In this document: positions 1-13,700 of the stretch, in pieces
How the letters are laid out: every line of letters begins with the position of its first letter
Numbering within the stretch: the stretch's first letter is position 1
From: Squalus acanthias
Lineage: Eukaryota
Direction of reading: 5' to 3'
Length of the DNA: 64,000 bases
NCBI GenBank assembly: GCA_030390025.1
Contig: CM059432.1
Coordinates: forward strand, 36,644,001 to 36,708,000
Notes under the pieces: model-generated
Seen by the model: only the letters and a program-made list of their open reading frames with translations
Told to the model about the DNA's origin: nothing
The model's database searches: none
Made by a program: the position numbers and the translations under genes

Positions 1-56
1 GTTCCAAAGTCCTTTTTCCTTAGATTTTTGGGGATCTGCAAATTTTGGAAACTTTA

Positions 57-2730
57 CACCCCACCATCACAGAAGCCAGTCTTCAGCCAATTCGATTCAC
101 TCCACGTGATATCAAGAAACGGCTGAGTGCACTGGATACAGCAAAGGCTACGGGCCCCGACAACATAGAAACATAGAAAATAGGTGCAGGAGTAGACCAT
201 TCGGTCCTTCGAGCCATTCAATGCGTTCATGGCTGAACATGCTACCTCAGTACCCCATTCCTGCTTTCTCGCCATACCCCTTGATCCCCCTAGTTGTGAG
301 TGTTATATCTAACTCCCTTTTGAATATATTTAGCGAACTGGCCTCAACAACCTTCTGTGGAAGAGAATTCCATAGATTCACCACTCTCTGGGTGAAGAAG
401 TTCCTCCTCAGCTCAGTCTTAAATGGCTTCCCCTTAATCCTTAGACTGTGACCCCTGGTTCTAGTTTTCCCTAACATTGGGAACATTCTGCCCGCATCTA
501 ATTTGTCTAAACCAGTCAGGATTTTAAATGTCTCTATAAGATCCCCCCTCATTCTTCTGAACTCCAGAGGATACAAGTTCAGTTGACCCAATCTTTCTTG
601 ATATGTCAGTCCGGCCATCCCAGGAATCAATCTAGTGAACCTTCGCTGCACTCCCTCAATAGCAAGAATGTCCTTCCTTAAGTTAGGAGACCAAAACTGC
701 AAACAATACTCCAGGTGTGGCCTCACCAAAGCCCTGTACAACTGCAGCATCACCTCCCTACTCCTGTACTCAAATCCCCTTGCTATGAAGGCCATCATTC
801 CGTTTGCTTTCTTGACTGCCTGCTGCACTTGCATTCCCACCTTCAGTGACTGATGTACCATGACGCCCAGGTCTCGTTGCACCTCCCCTTTCCCTAACCT
901 GCCACCATTCAGGTAATAGTCCGCCTCTCTATTTTTACCACCAAAGTGGATAACCTCACATTTATCCACATTGTACTTCATCTGCCATACATTTGCCCAT
1001 TCACCCAACCTGTCCAAGTCACTCTGTAGCCTCCTAGCCTCCCAATTTAGTGTCATCCGCAAATTTGGAGATATTACATTTAATCCCTTCGTCCAAATCA
1101 TTAATATATAATGTAAACAGCTGGGGTCCCAGCACCGAACCCTGCGGTACCCCGCTGGTCACTGCCTGCCATTCTGAAAAGTACCCATTTACTCCTACAT
1201 CCCGGCTATCGTGCTGAAGACTTGTGCTCCAGAACTAGCCGCGCCTCTAGACAAGCTGTTCTAGTACAGCTACAACACTGGCATCTATCCGACAATGTGG
1301 AAAACTGCCCAGGTATGTCCTGTCCACAAAAAGCAGGACAAATCCAACCCGGCCAATTACCGCCCCATCAGTCTACTCTCAATCATCAGCAAAGTGATGG
1401 AAGGTGTCATCGACAGAGCTATCAAGTGGTACTTACTCACCAATGACCTGCTCACTGATGCCCAGTTTGGGTTCCGCCAAGACCACTCGGCTCCCAACCT
1501 CATTACAGCCTTGGTCCAAACATGGACAAAGGAGCTGAATTCCAGAGGTGAGGTGAGAATGACTGCCCTTCACATCAAGGCAGCATTTGACCGAGTCTGG
1601 CATGAAGGAGCCCTAGTAAAACTGAAGTCAATAGGAATTGGGAAAAATGCTCCACTGGCTGGAGTCATACCTAGCACAAAGGTAGATGGTTGTGGTGGTT
1701 GAAGGTCAATCATCACAGCCTCAGGACATCGCTGCAGGAGTTCCTCATGGCAGTGTCCTAGGCCCAACCATCTTCAGCTGCTTCATCAATGACCTTCCCT
1801 CCAACATAAGGTCAGAAATGGGGATGTTCGCTGATGACTGCACAGTGTTCAGCGCCATTCACAACTCCTCAGATAATGAAGCAGTCCATGCCTGCATGCA
1901 ACAAGACCTGGATGACGTTCAGGCTTGGGCTGATAAGTGGCAGGTAACATTCGTCCCACAGAAGTGCCAGGCAATGACTATCTCCAACAAGCGAGAGTCT
2001 AACCACCTCCCCTTGACATTCAATGGCATTACCATCGCTGAATCCCCCACTATCAACATCCTGGGGGTCACCATTAACCAGAAACATAACTGGAGCAGCC
2101 ACATAAATACTGTGGCAACAAGAGCAGGTCAGAGGCTAGGTATTCTGCAGCGAGTGTCTCACCTCCTGACTCCCCAAAGCCTTTCCACCATCTACAAGGC
2201 ACAGGTAAGGAGTGTGATGGAATACTCTCCATTTGCCTGGATGAGTGCAGCTCCAACAACACTCAAGAAGCTCGACACCATCCAGGACAAAGCAGCCCGC
2301 TTGATTGGCACCCTATCCACCACCTTAAACATTCACTCCCTCCACCACCTAGCATACCGTGGCTGCAGTGTGTACCATCTACAAGATGCACTGCAGCAAC
2401 TGGCCAAGGCTTCTTCGGCAGCACCTCCCAAACCCGCGACCTCTTCCACCTAGAAGGACAAGGGCAGCAGGCGCATGGGAACACCACCACCTCCAAGTAT
2501 CCCTCCAAGTCACACACCATCCTGACTTGGAAGTATATCGCCGATCCTTCATCGTCGCTGGGTCAAAATCCTGGAACTCCCTACCTAACAGCAGTGTGGG
2601 AGTACCATCACCACACGGACTGCAACCATTCAAGAAGGTGGCTCACCACCACCTTCTCCAGGGCAACTAGGGATGGGCAATAAATGCTGGCCTTGCCAGC
2701 GACGCCCAGATCCCATAAAAGGAATTTTTA
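57..2730 (+). mobile_element. 5'-truncated single-ORF LINE ('family B', clade undetermined), split by a CR1 insertion
   Basis: RT motifs ([24 protein letters not shown]), C-terminus ...AHHHLLQGN; nearly identical to 41420-43020. Confidence 0.9.
167..1196 (-). mobile_element. 5'-truncated CR1 LINE nested in family B LINE
   Basis: CR1 RT C-terminus (ORF 247-1101: [33 protein letters not shown]), (TTTCTATG)n tail, ACAT duplicated at 163-166 and 1197-1200. Confidence 0.93.
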
Positions 2731-3874
2731 AAAACTTAGAACTCCCTGCTCTTCAAATAATGCCATGGTATCTTTAACATCTACCAGAACAGGCAGGTGG
2801 TAAAATAAACAGCTGATATCAGTAAAAGTGACCATGAAGCTGTGTCTGATTGTCATAAAACCCCAACTGGTTCACTATTGTCCATTAGGGTAGGAAACAT
2901 GTCGTCCTTAACTACAGCGCCGTGACTGCCCCCATTGCTGGAAGGTGCTGACTGTTCAAGTACAATCCCTTGCTCACTAAGAGCCTTCTACTACCTTGCC
3001 CAAGCAACATTTGCCTGGACAGGGAGAGTCAGCAGGCTATTCAACCATAGAAGCATCACTGCCAACCCCACTCTTTTCCAGCACGGGCGTCATTAGACAG
3101 GGATCAGAAGCAGAAACCCCGTCCCTAACCCAGGGCCACTGACATAAATTTCCTGCCACTACAGCCACCTCAGATGACAGCTGCTAACTCAGTACAGAAT
3201 ATGGTTATTAGATGGGACCAAGCCAGCAGGGGGAGCTTAAGAGGATTTTGTGATACTATCACTGCAGTATGCCAAGTAACTCCCAGTCTGATAATTAAAT
3301 TATTCAACAGACATGAAGGAGAAAGATGAAGGAGTTGAGAGCTTATTACAATGGTGAATCACAATATGTATGCAAAATGTTACAGGGCAAGGGAGGGTCC
3401 CTGGAGGAATACAGATGAGGAAAGCTGGGCTTTTAAATTACATTCTCATTTCCTGAGTACGATTGCCATAGTTAATATTCCAGACCCTATAATTATGCTA
3501 TCAAGGAAGCAGCTGAACATTTAGCCTACATGGGTAAAGGCATGGCTCAAAGAGCGGTTTGTCATACTCTGCAAAGGGTGTCTGATGCTAGTCCGAGTCC
3601 ATTGAGTTAGCCGATACCACCTGGGGCAGTAGAAAAGACTTTAAATTGGAAGGAAGTGATGGGGTGAAAAAAAACTGTCAGTCCACCAGGCAAGTACCTC
3701 ACACCCCTTCTGCCGTTAGGGGGTCTGCAGGGTGTGTGCATCTATTATGGGAGAGCCTCCCTTCTTTCTGTGACTTCTGATTAGCTACAGCGTGTACATT
3801 TAATTGAATAAATTAACCAATCCTGGGGTCTGGTTGGCTCACTGCTCTTCAACCTTTAGGACCTAAGTTCTAAT

Positions 3875-4170
3875 TTGAGTTGAACTCAATGTTGAGACCG
3901 GAAGGCTGTAAGAGTGCCTAATTGAAATATGAGATGCTGTTCCTTGAGCTGAGTTCAACAAGTACAGATCATAATTCCTGCTCCTATTTTTTTCACACAA
4001 CAGGTGCTGGTAATAGTTCTGCTGTTGCCATTTATAGCTCCTCTAGACCCAGCTTTTGTTTCTTGTCCTAATACCATCCCCTTTTGCCTTGCATCATCAT
4101 CCCTTTTGTCATTTAATTTCTCCTGCCTTCCACCCTATCACAGACCTTCCCTTTTGTTCTTTCCTCAGTG
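3875..4170. mobile_element. Penelope-like element remnant with internal inversion
   Basis: Minus strand reads approximately LKEQHLIFQLGTL..QPSGLNIEFN (Penelope GIY-YIG C-terminus), then a plus-strand GAGTTCAAC continues into a pyrimidine-rich 3' region. Confidence 0.55.
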
Positions 4171-4334
4171 TTACCACTGAACCACGGCTGACATCTGGGT
4201 AACATTCAGGAAATATTTGGGCATTGGATGCAGTTTGGACCTCAAAAGGCAGTGACTGAGGTGGGGGCCTTACACAAATATGTAAAACATTAAACAGTGC
4301 AGTAAAGGTTAACCCAGAGCATTAGGTCAAGGTA

Positions 4335-5215
4335 GAATCATAGAATAATACAGCACAGAAGGAGGCCATTCGGCCCATCTTGTCTGTGATGGCTCTTTGA
4401 AAGAGCGATCCAATTAGTCCCACTCTCCTGCTCTTTCCCCATAGCCCAGCAATTTTTTTCTTTTCAAGTATTTATCCAATTCCCTTTTGAAAGTTGTTAT
4501 TGAATCTGCTTCCACCAGCCTTTCAGGTAGTGTATTCCAGATCACGACTCGCTGTGTAAAAAAATGTTTCCACATTTTGCCTCTGGTTCTTTTGCCAATC
4601 ACCTTAAATCTGTGTCCTCTGGTTACCAACACTTCTGCCACTGGAAACAGTTTCTTCTTATTTACTCTATCAAAACCCTTCAAGATTTTGAACACCTCTA
4701 TCAAATCTCCCCATAACCTTCTCTAAGGAGAACAACCCCAGTTTCTCAAGTCTCCCAGTAACAAAAGTCTTTCATCCCTGGTACCATTCTAGTAAATCTC
4801 CTCTCTGCTCTCTAAGGCCTTGACATTCTTCCTGAAGCGTGGTGTCCAAAATTGGACACAATACTCCAGCTAGGGCCTAACAAGTGCTTTATAAAGGTTT
4901 AGCATAACTTTCTTGCTTTTGTACTCTGCCTTTATTTATAAAGCTCAGGATCCCATATGCATTTGTAACAGCCTTCTCAACTTGTCCTGCCACCTTCCAA
5001 ATCTTGTGTACATACACCCCCAGCTCTCTCTGTTCCTGCAACCCACCCCTCCTCCTCCTTAAAATTGTACCTTTTTGTCTCCTCATTCTTCCTACCAAAA
5101 TGTATCACTTCACACTTCTCTGCATTAAATTTCATCTGTCATGTGTTTGTCCATTTCACCAGGCTGTTTGTCTTCCTGAAGTCTGTTACTATCTTCCTCA
5201 CTGTTTACTACATTT
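4335..5215 (-). mobile_element. Degenerate 5'-truncated CR1 LINE
   Basis: ORF 4414-4704 ([24 protein letters not shown]); ATTCTATG tail. Confidence 0.9.
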
Positions 5216-7174
5216 CTCTCCTCCTTGAAGACGTTTCTTGTAACCTACCTCTTTGACCAAGCTTTTAATCCCCTGTCCTAATATCTCCAAGTGGCTCGGT
5301 GTCAAATTTTGTTTGATAATTGCTCCTGTGAAGCACCTTGGGATGTTTTACTATGTTAAAGGTGCTATATAAGTGCAAGTTGTTGTTGATGGGCACAAGT
5401 TCAGACTTGGAGGGAACATTTGGGACTGATGTCAGGAAGAATGTCTTCATACTAAATGCGATCAGCACTTCGAACAGATGTCCAGGCAAAATCCATGGAA
5501 GCATTCAAGAGGCTATTCAATGGTGCGATGGGACCATGGTAGACTGTCCTTGGAGAGGGTGAACTATGGTGGGTCAAATGGCAACTCCCTCATCTGCATT
5601 CACCATGTTGGCACATTAAGTACATTCCTTTCCCAAAGCACATTCAACTTTCAGATGCAACTCCACTCCGCCCAACCCAACCTTCCCAGTCTTCTCAAGG
5701 AGGCAGGCAACGACAGGAAGAATTTCTAAAGGCCCTTTCACATTAGAGAAGTGCAGCCTGTGGCTAAGGTGTCAGTCTTCAATCATCAGTTTACCTTGTA
5801 AGTGAGAAATCCACTTTTCCATAAGTTTCCCAAGCTGTCATTGGGTGGGTCTTGGTTTAAAAGTAGAGCAGAATTCCCTCACTTGTACCAATAGAAATAA
5901 TAGGTTTCCAACTTAGAAGTTCGGTCACAGTTGGCAAAATAAAATGGGACGTGTGCTGTTTAGAGATAGCAGATCTCTGCTTGAGCACTCCTTCCCCCCC
6001 CAAGACTGTGATAATTTGGATTTTGGCCAAACTGAATTTTGTTAATTCATAATGTTTTTGGCCTGCTGGGAGCAGCACCCAAGGAATTAAATCTATATCA
6101 CTCAAGGTGTCTCAGGTCAGCTGTGAGCAAATTGGCTGTTGCATTTCCCTACATTATAACAGTGACTGCACTTAAAAAAGCAGTGAAGTGCTTTGGGTCA
6201 TCCTGAGATCATAAAAGGCACTAACTATATAAGTGTAAGTTATTTATTTCTTAGAGCTGCTTATCAGACAGCTTACTTCTGCAAGTTACTGAAACAATAG
6301 GAAGACCCCAGGAGGTCAGGTAACTGAAATGGTCATATTGTTAATTAGCATCTTGGGCCATTACTAGAGATGGTCTGCTTTGTCTTTGATCAATATTGAT
6401 GGAATATTCAGAGTAGGTGAGCAGTGTTTTGGAAGGAAGCTACAGAAATGAAAGACCAGGTAGTTTTGGAATATCTTAGCTTAAAAGTGGGCCTACACCT
6501 AGATAAATAGTAAGCTGGCATGGTTACATTCCGAGTTTTGTAAAGAGATAACACAAATGGCAGCACGTGCAATATTTCAGTCGTTGGTGTACAGATAAGG
6601 GTTCTCAATGTCAATCCCTGATCCCTAGCTTATGCTATTATTTAACTAAGGATGTGGCAGTAAAAGGGTGCACTCTGGCTCATAAGGGACTTGTGATCCA
6701 CTTATAGGAGTGACCAGTGACACTAGACCTGAAAAAATATCTTGCACAAAACCAAAAAATTAGAATAACCCCCCCCTGGCTACAGTTCTGTGAAAATTTC
6801 ATCAAGCCCTGAGGCTAATTTCTTTTTTAATTGCTTAATTTCTTTTGTCCGCTATTGTTAGTGGTGTAGGCGTCAGCATAAATTCCTGTCTGCGTCCTTT
6901 TAATACTGTCATTGATCGGTTTACTGATTAAGGACAAAATTAGACTAGCGCAGGCTGCAATTTATGCAAATACATTAGCTGGTGTGCTAAAAATAACAGT
7001 AGAAAAGAAACCATGGAAACTATCCAACCCACCAGTGCTCAATTCAATTTAGATTTTTATAACAAATGGATGTTAACTGATAGTGGGAGTTTTCCAGGCT
7101 CATTCAATGATTTTTTTTTTTTTTTTTACACACTTATGCCCTCTAGTCATCTATAATTTGTTATATAACCCTTC

Positions 7175-8195
7175 TCATAGAATTATAGAATGGTTACAGC
7201 ACAGAAGGAGGCCCGTCGAGCCCGTGCCGGCTCTCTGCAAGAGCACTTCAGCTAGTCCCACTCCCCCGCCCTTTCCCCGTAGCCCTGCAAATTTTTTTCC
7301 TTCAGGTACTTTTCCAGTTCCCTTTTGAAAGCCACGATTGAATCTGCCTCCACCACCCTTTCAGGCAGTGCATTCCAGATTCTAACCACTCGCTGCGTAA
7401 AAAAGTTTTTCCTGATGTCGCCTTTGGTTCTTCTGCCAATCACCTTAAATCTGTGTCCTCTGGTTCTCGACCCTTCCGCCAATGGGAACAGACTATCTAC
7501 TCTGTCTAGACCCATCATGATTTTGAACACCTCTATCAAATCTCCTCTCAATCTTCTCTGCTCTAAGGAGAACAACCCCAGCTTCTCCAGTCTATCCACG
7601 TAACTGAAGTCCCTCATCCCTGGAATAATTCTTATAAATCTTTTCTGCACCCTCTCTATGGCCTTCACATCCTTCCGAAAGTGCGGTGCCCAGAATTGGA
7701 CACAATACTCCAGTTGAGCCCAAACCAGTGTTTTATACAGGTTCATCATAACTTCCTTGCTTTTGTACTCAATGAAGCCCAGGATCCCGTATGCTTTTTT
7801 AACCGCTTTCTCCACCTGCCCTGCCACCTTCAATGATTTGTGCACACATACCCCCAGGTCTCTGTTGATGCACCCCCTTTAGAATTGTACCCTTTAGTTT
7901 ATATTGCCTCACCTCGTTCTTCCTACCAAAATGTATCACTTTGCACTTTTCTGCGTTAAATTTCATCTGCCATGTGTCCGCCCATTTCACCAGCCTGTCT
8001 ATGTCCTCTTGAAGTCTATCACTATCCTCCTCACTGTTCACTATACTTCCAAGTTTTGTGTCATCTGCAAATTTTGAAATTGTGCCCTGTACTCCCAAGT
8101 CTAAGTCATTAATATATATCAAGAAAAGCAGTGGTCCTAGTACCGACCCCTGGGGAACATCACTGTATACCTTCCTCCAGTCCAATAAACAACCA
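7175..8195 (-). mobile_element. 5'-truncated CR1 LINE
   Basis: ORFs 7799-8215 ([16 protein letters not shown]) and 7252-7845. Confidence 0.92.
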
Positions 8196-8822
8196 GAACT
8201 GAGATTTCTCCCCAACCCCCCTTAAAGACCTGGATCACATTTCTCTTACTCTTCAAAGAAAACAACATGCATTTATATAGCGCCTTGAATGTCCCACGGG
8301 AAGTGTAAGGAAAACGGATGCTGAGCCACAATGGGAGGGGTCAGGAAAGTGACTGAACATTTGGTCAAAGAGATGGATTTTGAGAAGGTTTTTATAGAAG
8401 GGGAGGTAGGTAGCCAGAAATTAGGATCCCAGCACCTGAAGACAGTGTTGCCGATGGAGGGACAACAGGAGGAAGGAATTGACTTTGGGTGGGGCGGGGG
8501 TGATGTCAAGCTGGGGGTGAGGCCATGGAGGGATTTAAAGATACAGATGAGGATTTTAAATTTAATGAGTTGGGAGATGGGGAGCCAGTGTTAGTAACAT
8601 CCTGCTAAAATACCCATATATCTATTGTTTACTACTCAAGATCCTAGCATCAGCAACTTAAGATATCAGGTTAATGGGAACACTGATTACACGCAGCATG
8701 CCAGGCTCCATTTTGCACAATGTGAAAGAAAGAACTTGCATTTATATAGCACCGTCCACGACCGCAGGATGTCACAGCCAATTAACTACTTTTGAAGTGC
8801 AGTCACTTGTTTTGTAGGCAAA

Positions 8823-9901
8823 GGCTCGGAGACAGGAAGCAGAGGGTAATGGTTGACGGGTGTTTTTGTGACTGGAAGGCTGTTTCCAGTGGGGTTCCAC
8901 AGGGCTCAGTACTAGGTCCCTTGCTTTTTGTGGTATATATCAACGATCTTGACTTGAATATAGGGGGTATGATTAAGAAGTTTGCAGATGATACTAAAAT
9001 TGGCTGTGTGGTTGATACTGAAGAAGGAAGCTGTAGACTGCAGGAAGATATCAATAAATTGGGCAGGTGGGCAGAACAGTGGCAAATGGAATTTAATCCA
9101 GAGAAGTGTGAGGTAATACATTTGGGGAGGGCTAACAAGGAAAGGGAATACACATTAAATGGTAGGACACTGAGTAGTGTAGAGGAACAAAGGGACCTTG
9201 GGGTGCATGTCCACCGATCCCTGAAGGTAGTAGGCCAAGTAGATAAGGTGGTTAAGAAGGCATACAGAATGTTTGCCTTTATTAGCCGTGGCATAGAATA
9301 CAAGAGCAGGGGTGGGGTTATGCTTCAACTGTATAAAACACTAGTTAGGCATCAGCTAGAGTACTGCGTGCAGTTCTGGTCACCACATTACAGGAAAGAT
9401 GTGATTGCACTAGAGAGGGTACATCGGAGATTTACAAGGATGTTGCCGGGAGTAGAGAATCTTAGCTATGAGGAAAGACTGGATAGGCTGGGTCTGTTTT
9501 CCTTGGAACAGAGGAGGCTGAGGGGAGACCTTATTGAGGTGTATAAAATTATGAGGGGCATAGATAAAGTGGATAGAAAGGACCTATTTCCCTTAGCAGA
9601 GGGGTCAAAAACCAGGGGGCACAGATTTAAAGTAATTGGTGGAAGGTTTAGAGGGGATTTGAGGGGAAATTTCTTCACCCAGAGGGTTGTGGGGGTCTGG
9701 AACTCGCTGCCTGAAAGGGTGGTAGAGGCAGGAACCCTAACCACATTTAAAAAGTACTTGGATGTGCACTTGGGATGCTCTAACCTGCAGGGCTATGGAC
9801 CAAGAGCTGGGAAGTGGGATTAGGCTGGATAGCTCTTTGTTGGCCGGCGCGGACATGATGGGCCGAAATGGCCTCCTTCCGTGCTGTAACTTTCTATGAT
9901 T
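8823..9901 (+). mobile_element. 5'-truncated CR1 LINE with an open RT frame, inserted into a minus-strand SINE remnant (8727-10105)
   Basis: ORF 8792-9823 CR1 RT; CAAA on both sides (8819-8822, 9902-9905); same subfamily as 45970-46619. Confidence 0.92.
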
Positions 9902-10258
9902 CAAACATGGCAGCCAAATTGAGCACAGCAAGCGGCGCAAAAAGCAAAGAGATGAATGCCCAGTTATTTATTTTTGGTGGTGTTGATTGAGGGAGGAATG
10001 TTGGCCAGGAGACCATCGAATAGTGCTCAAATGCTATGCTGGAGTGTGGCTTGAACCCTCAAAGTTCTGACTCGGCGGTAAGAGTGCTACCATTGAGCCA
10101 CAGCTCCTGGAGAAACAAGGTTTTTTTTAAATAAAAAGACAAAACACAAACATGTTGACAAAAGTATTTTTTTTAAATAAATTTTAAATCATGGAGATCA
10201 GACAGTACTGTCCATACAGAAACATATTCTCCCACTTTTTTGGGCCCTCACTCTAAGG

Positions 10259-10264
10259 TTTATT
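10259..10264 (-). promoter_or_regulatory. Candidate polyadenylation signal (AATAAA) for DHX30
   Basis: AATAAA about 240 nt after the stop; a U/GU-rich tract lies further downstream (~10130-10165). Confidence 0.45.
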
Positions 10265-10505
10265 CCAGTTACAGTTTTACACACGATCCATTATAAACAT
10301 CAGTTATAAATTATCTGAGATCATAGACTGTTCAGTCCATCAGTTTCAAGTAATTTCGCATAGGTGAGGGCATTTTTAAGCTCTCAAAGCATTAAATACA
10401 GCAGCTATAATCTCTCTTTTTTTGTACATTGTGTCAGGCAATTCTGATACAGAATACAATACAAACTCACCTGCCCGCCCACCTCCCCTCCTCCTGGTGA
10501 ACCTT

Positions 10506-10732
10506 TCACTCTGTCGGCCAACAGTTCAAGAGCTCCACAAGCAATGACAGCACTTCACCATGCTCCTTGCGCAGGTCGGAGGAAATTTCCGGGAGCTCGT
10601 GACGCAGGCAGTTTTCCACCATCTTGTGCACTGCTGTGCGGAAGCTGTACAGCAGGTTGGCGGTCTTCGAGTCCAGTTCAAGCCGCAAGAGGCGAGAATC
10701 GGCCAGAGTCAACAACACAGAGTCACCATCCT
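10506..10732 (-). CDS. DHX30: DHX30 last coding exon ([22 protein letters not shown]...[11 protein letters not shown])
   Basis: TTTTTCAG acceptor, phase 1, TGA stop at 10506-10508. Confidence 0.93.
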
Positions 10733-13700
10733 CTGAAAAAGAATCGAGGATAAATTTAAACAAAAGACTTTTTGCAAAGGAGTAAACTCTAAAGAGATTC
10801 ATCCTCCAGACTGCAGTGTTGTCACTGGGCTGTTTTTGCCAATAACCTATCTCAAAAACTGTAACAAAGCCAAAACATGTTTGTGTTGTACAGCAAGTTT
10901 CTCTGGTAAATTCATCAATTCAACTTGGTCCCCTCATCAGTCTAATCTGTAACTGCTAGGGAGGCCATTCGGCCCATCTTAGGTCATCTATCCAGAATTA
11001 ACCTAAAGTCCTCACGTTGCAGCTTCCAATTGGTTCTTAAAAGACCCTGACGTTTTCGTCTCCACTGTCGTCTCCTGGAGTCTATTCCCTGTGATGATCA
11101 CTCTGTGTAAGAGCTCCCTGATCCCAGTACAGCTCAGGATGCTCTCTCCAAACACAGCCCGAATTCGGAAGGTCAGAATCCATTGGGACTTTTTACATCT
11201 GTTGCATCCAGTTCCGCGCAGCACAGGTTCCAAAACAGCGAAGCCCTGGTACATTTTCTGCTTCTTGTATATCTAGTGGCCTATCTGGGGATATGGAGTC
11301 GGTCTTACGGGATGGACCCTTGCTTGATCATCTTCAGGGGTTGGAGAGAATTTCTGGCTACTGACCCCTTGCTATGCTGATGCTGTTCCAATTCACAGCC
11401 ACTCTTTGCTTTCTCCACTCTGGTCAATTTTCAATCCACCTCAGGAGCTTGCATCCTATTCCAGACTTAACTGCCTGTGTCATGGTATCAAAAGCAGTCC
11501 AGACATCTAAATGTATCACATCCACAGAATATCCATTGTTAACATGGACTGTCAGTTCCTCAAAGAACTCCAGCAAATTTGCTTGGCAACACTTCCCTCC
11601 CATAAATCCACACCAACTCCCTCTTTCCATCCCATACCTGTCTGCATGTTTCATTATCCCCACAACAGAGGTTATAAGTGTCAGCCGTGGCTCAGTTGGT
11701 AGCACACTCGACTATGAGTCAGAAGGTTGTGGGTTCAAGTCCCACTCCAGGGACTTGAGCACATAAATCTAGGCTGACACTCCAGTGCAGTGCTGAGGGA
11801 GTGCTGCACTGTCGGAGGTGCCGTCTTTCGGATGAGACGTTAAACCGAGGCCCCGTCTGCTCTCTCAGGTGGACGTAAAAGATCCCATGGCACTATTTCG
11901 AAGAAGAGTAGGGGAGTTATCCCCGGGGTCCTGGCCAATATTTATCCCTCAATCAACATAACAAAAACAGTTTATCTAGTCATTATCAAATTGGCTGCCA
12001 CGTTTCCTACACTCCAAAAGTTCATTGGCTGTAAAGCACTTTGAGACGTCAGGTGGTCATGAAAGGCACTATATAAATGTAAGTCTTTCTTTCTTTTATG
12101 CTGTTGTTTCTATCCCCTTTCTGAAGGCTGCTGTGCTGTTAGCTAGTTTCAATTCCTGTTATTCCCTTTGCAGTCACCTCAACAGGTCATTGATGAGCGA
12201 CCAGCTGGCTCTGGTTGCAGATTATTTTTGACCAGCTGTAAAGAAAAGAAAATCAATGTCCACAACATCTGCCGTTGTTGCCCCAATCAGCAGGCCCAGT
12301 ACTGGGCTTCGGGTCAGTAAACTTCAATAAGTAAACCGTCAGGTAAATGTATAAGCGAATTTAAAAACCCGAGAGCAATCTTCTTGTGGCTGAGCACCCT
12401 GGCCCGATCACTTATTCTCTCACACCAGAGAGGCCACAGGTATATTCCCCCCTCCCCCTACCCCTTCCCCACCTTCTCCTGAAGGCTACGACTTGTACTG
12501 GGATATGTTTCCGTGTGCAGGAAGCTCTCCGATACCTAGACAGTGAGTGCTGGCAGCTCCTAATATCTTCATCTTCAGCCATTTCTGTCTGATTACACCC
12601 GTGAAGCACCTTGGACTGTTTTTCTACAGTGAAAGCACTAGATAAATACAAGTTGTTGTTGTCAATATTTGACTGTGGGGGCACCTAAGCCAAACCCGAT
12701 CTTGTCCTCACCCACTGTCACCGAGTCGTGGTCAGGAGCAGGAACCAATGTTCCCTCTAATTATTTTTTTCGTGCGCAGTCCCTTTAAATTTGGTGCGCG
12801 GTATTTTTTCCAGTGGCAACAGTTGGTGAGCGGCCTGCGCAGGACCTCCTGATCGATGCGTGGCCATACACCTTAGGGGGAACGTTGGCAGGAACCCTGC
12901 TTGGTTTGTCCTCTGCCTAGCCCAGGGGCACTGAGGCCAATTATAACCCCTCTCTTTCCAAAGCTGCGATCAGTCAACAAGGCAGAGACCAGACATTGAA
13001 CTGGTATGTATGTCTCCGTACTACATCTCCGTACTACACCGGGCACCGCGCTCTCTCGCTCTGGGATCAAGGAGCCGGAGACTGGGTCTGCTTTGCAGAA
13101 ATCGCTTCTAAAATTATAACAAAAATTTCATAAAGTACACCGAAGCATGGAAGTTTTGTCCTTTAAAACCACGGCTGATAGAATCAGCTGCATCCACCGG
13201 CGACAGCCTGGGGGTCTCCGTTTACCACCCCTAGCCGCATCCGGTGTTACTTTACCAAAAACATAAAAGAGGGTCCGTCGCAGCACTTACCCTTGATATG
13301 GATGTCACAATCCGGGAGCATCAGTAGAGCCAACGGATGGACCATGGAGGAGTCACGGACAAAGACGTTCCCGTTGGATTTCACAGCTGTGAAGTAGGTC
13401 AGCCAGCGGCTCTTAAAAGATTCCTCGTTCCTGAGAGTGGATTACAAACTGTGTTAGCACAGAGGGGGGGGGGGGCGGGGGGGAGTACAGTTTCCAACTG
13501 TTCCCGACATTGGGATGGGGCTCTGGGAACTCTCTGCTCCTCTTTGAATCGTGATATTGGATCTTTAACATCCTTCTCAGCAGATGGATGGAGCTTTAGT
13601 TTAGTGTCTCACTCGAACGATGGCAATTCTCAGGATGTGGACATCTCTGGCAAGGCTGGCATTTATTTCCCATCCCTAGTTGCCCTTTAGAAGGTGGTGG

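Noticed and set aside
635..853. Recurring antisense ORFs (e.g. also 8803-9303, 9466-9744, 62368-62856)
   Set aside because: These are shadow frames of CR1 RT sequence, repeated only because the element is repeated.
5400..7170. Mostly unique sequence that might hold the 3' end of a convergent neighbouring gene
   Set aside because: I found no recognisable exon, protein similarity or convincing splice structure.
8792..9823. 343-aa reverse transcriptase ORF as a domesticated gene or retron-like system
   Set aside because: It is an ordinary 5'-truncated CR1 with tail and TSD; the ORF start lies in flanking SINE sequence, and a near-identical copy exists at 45970-46619.
11686..11760. tRNA-like sequences (also 22560, 29350-29427, 39866, 58810)
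   Set aside because: They run into SINE or LINE bodies and lack a convincing complete cloverleaf and terminator; they are retroposon heads, not tRNA genes.
13462..13485. G-run as a possible G-quadruplex element
   Set aside because: On the transcribed strand it is a C-run next to the branch/acceptor region of exon 13; nothing else supports a function.
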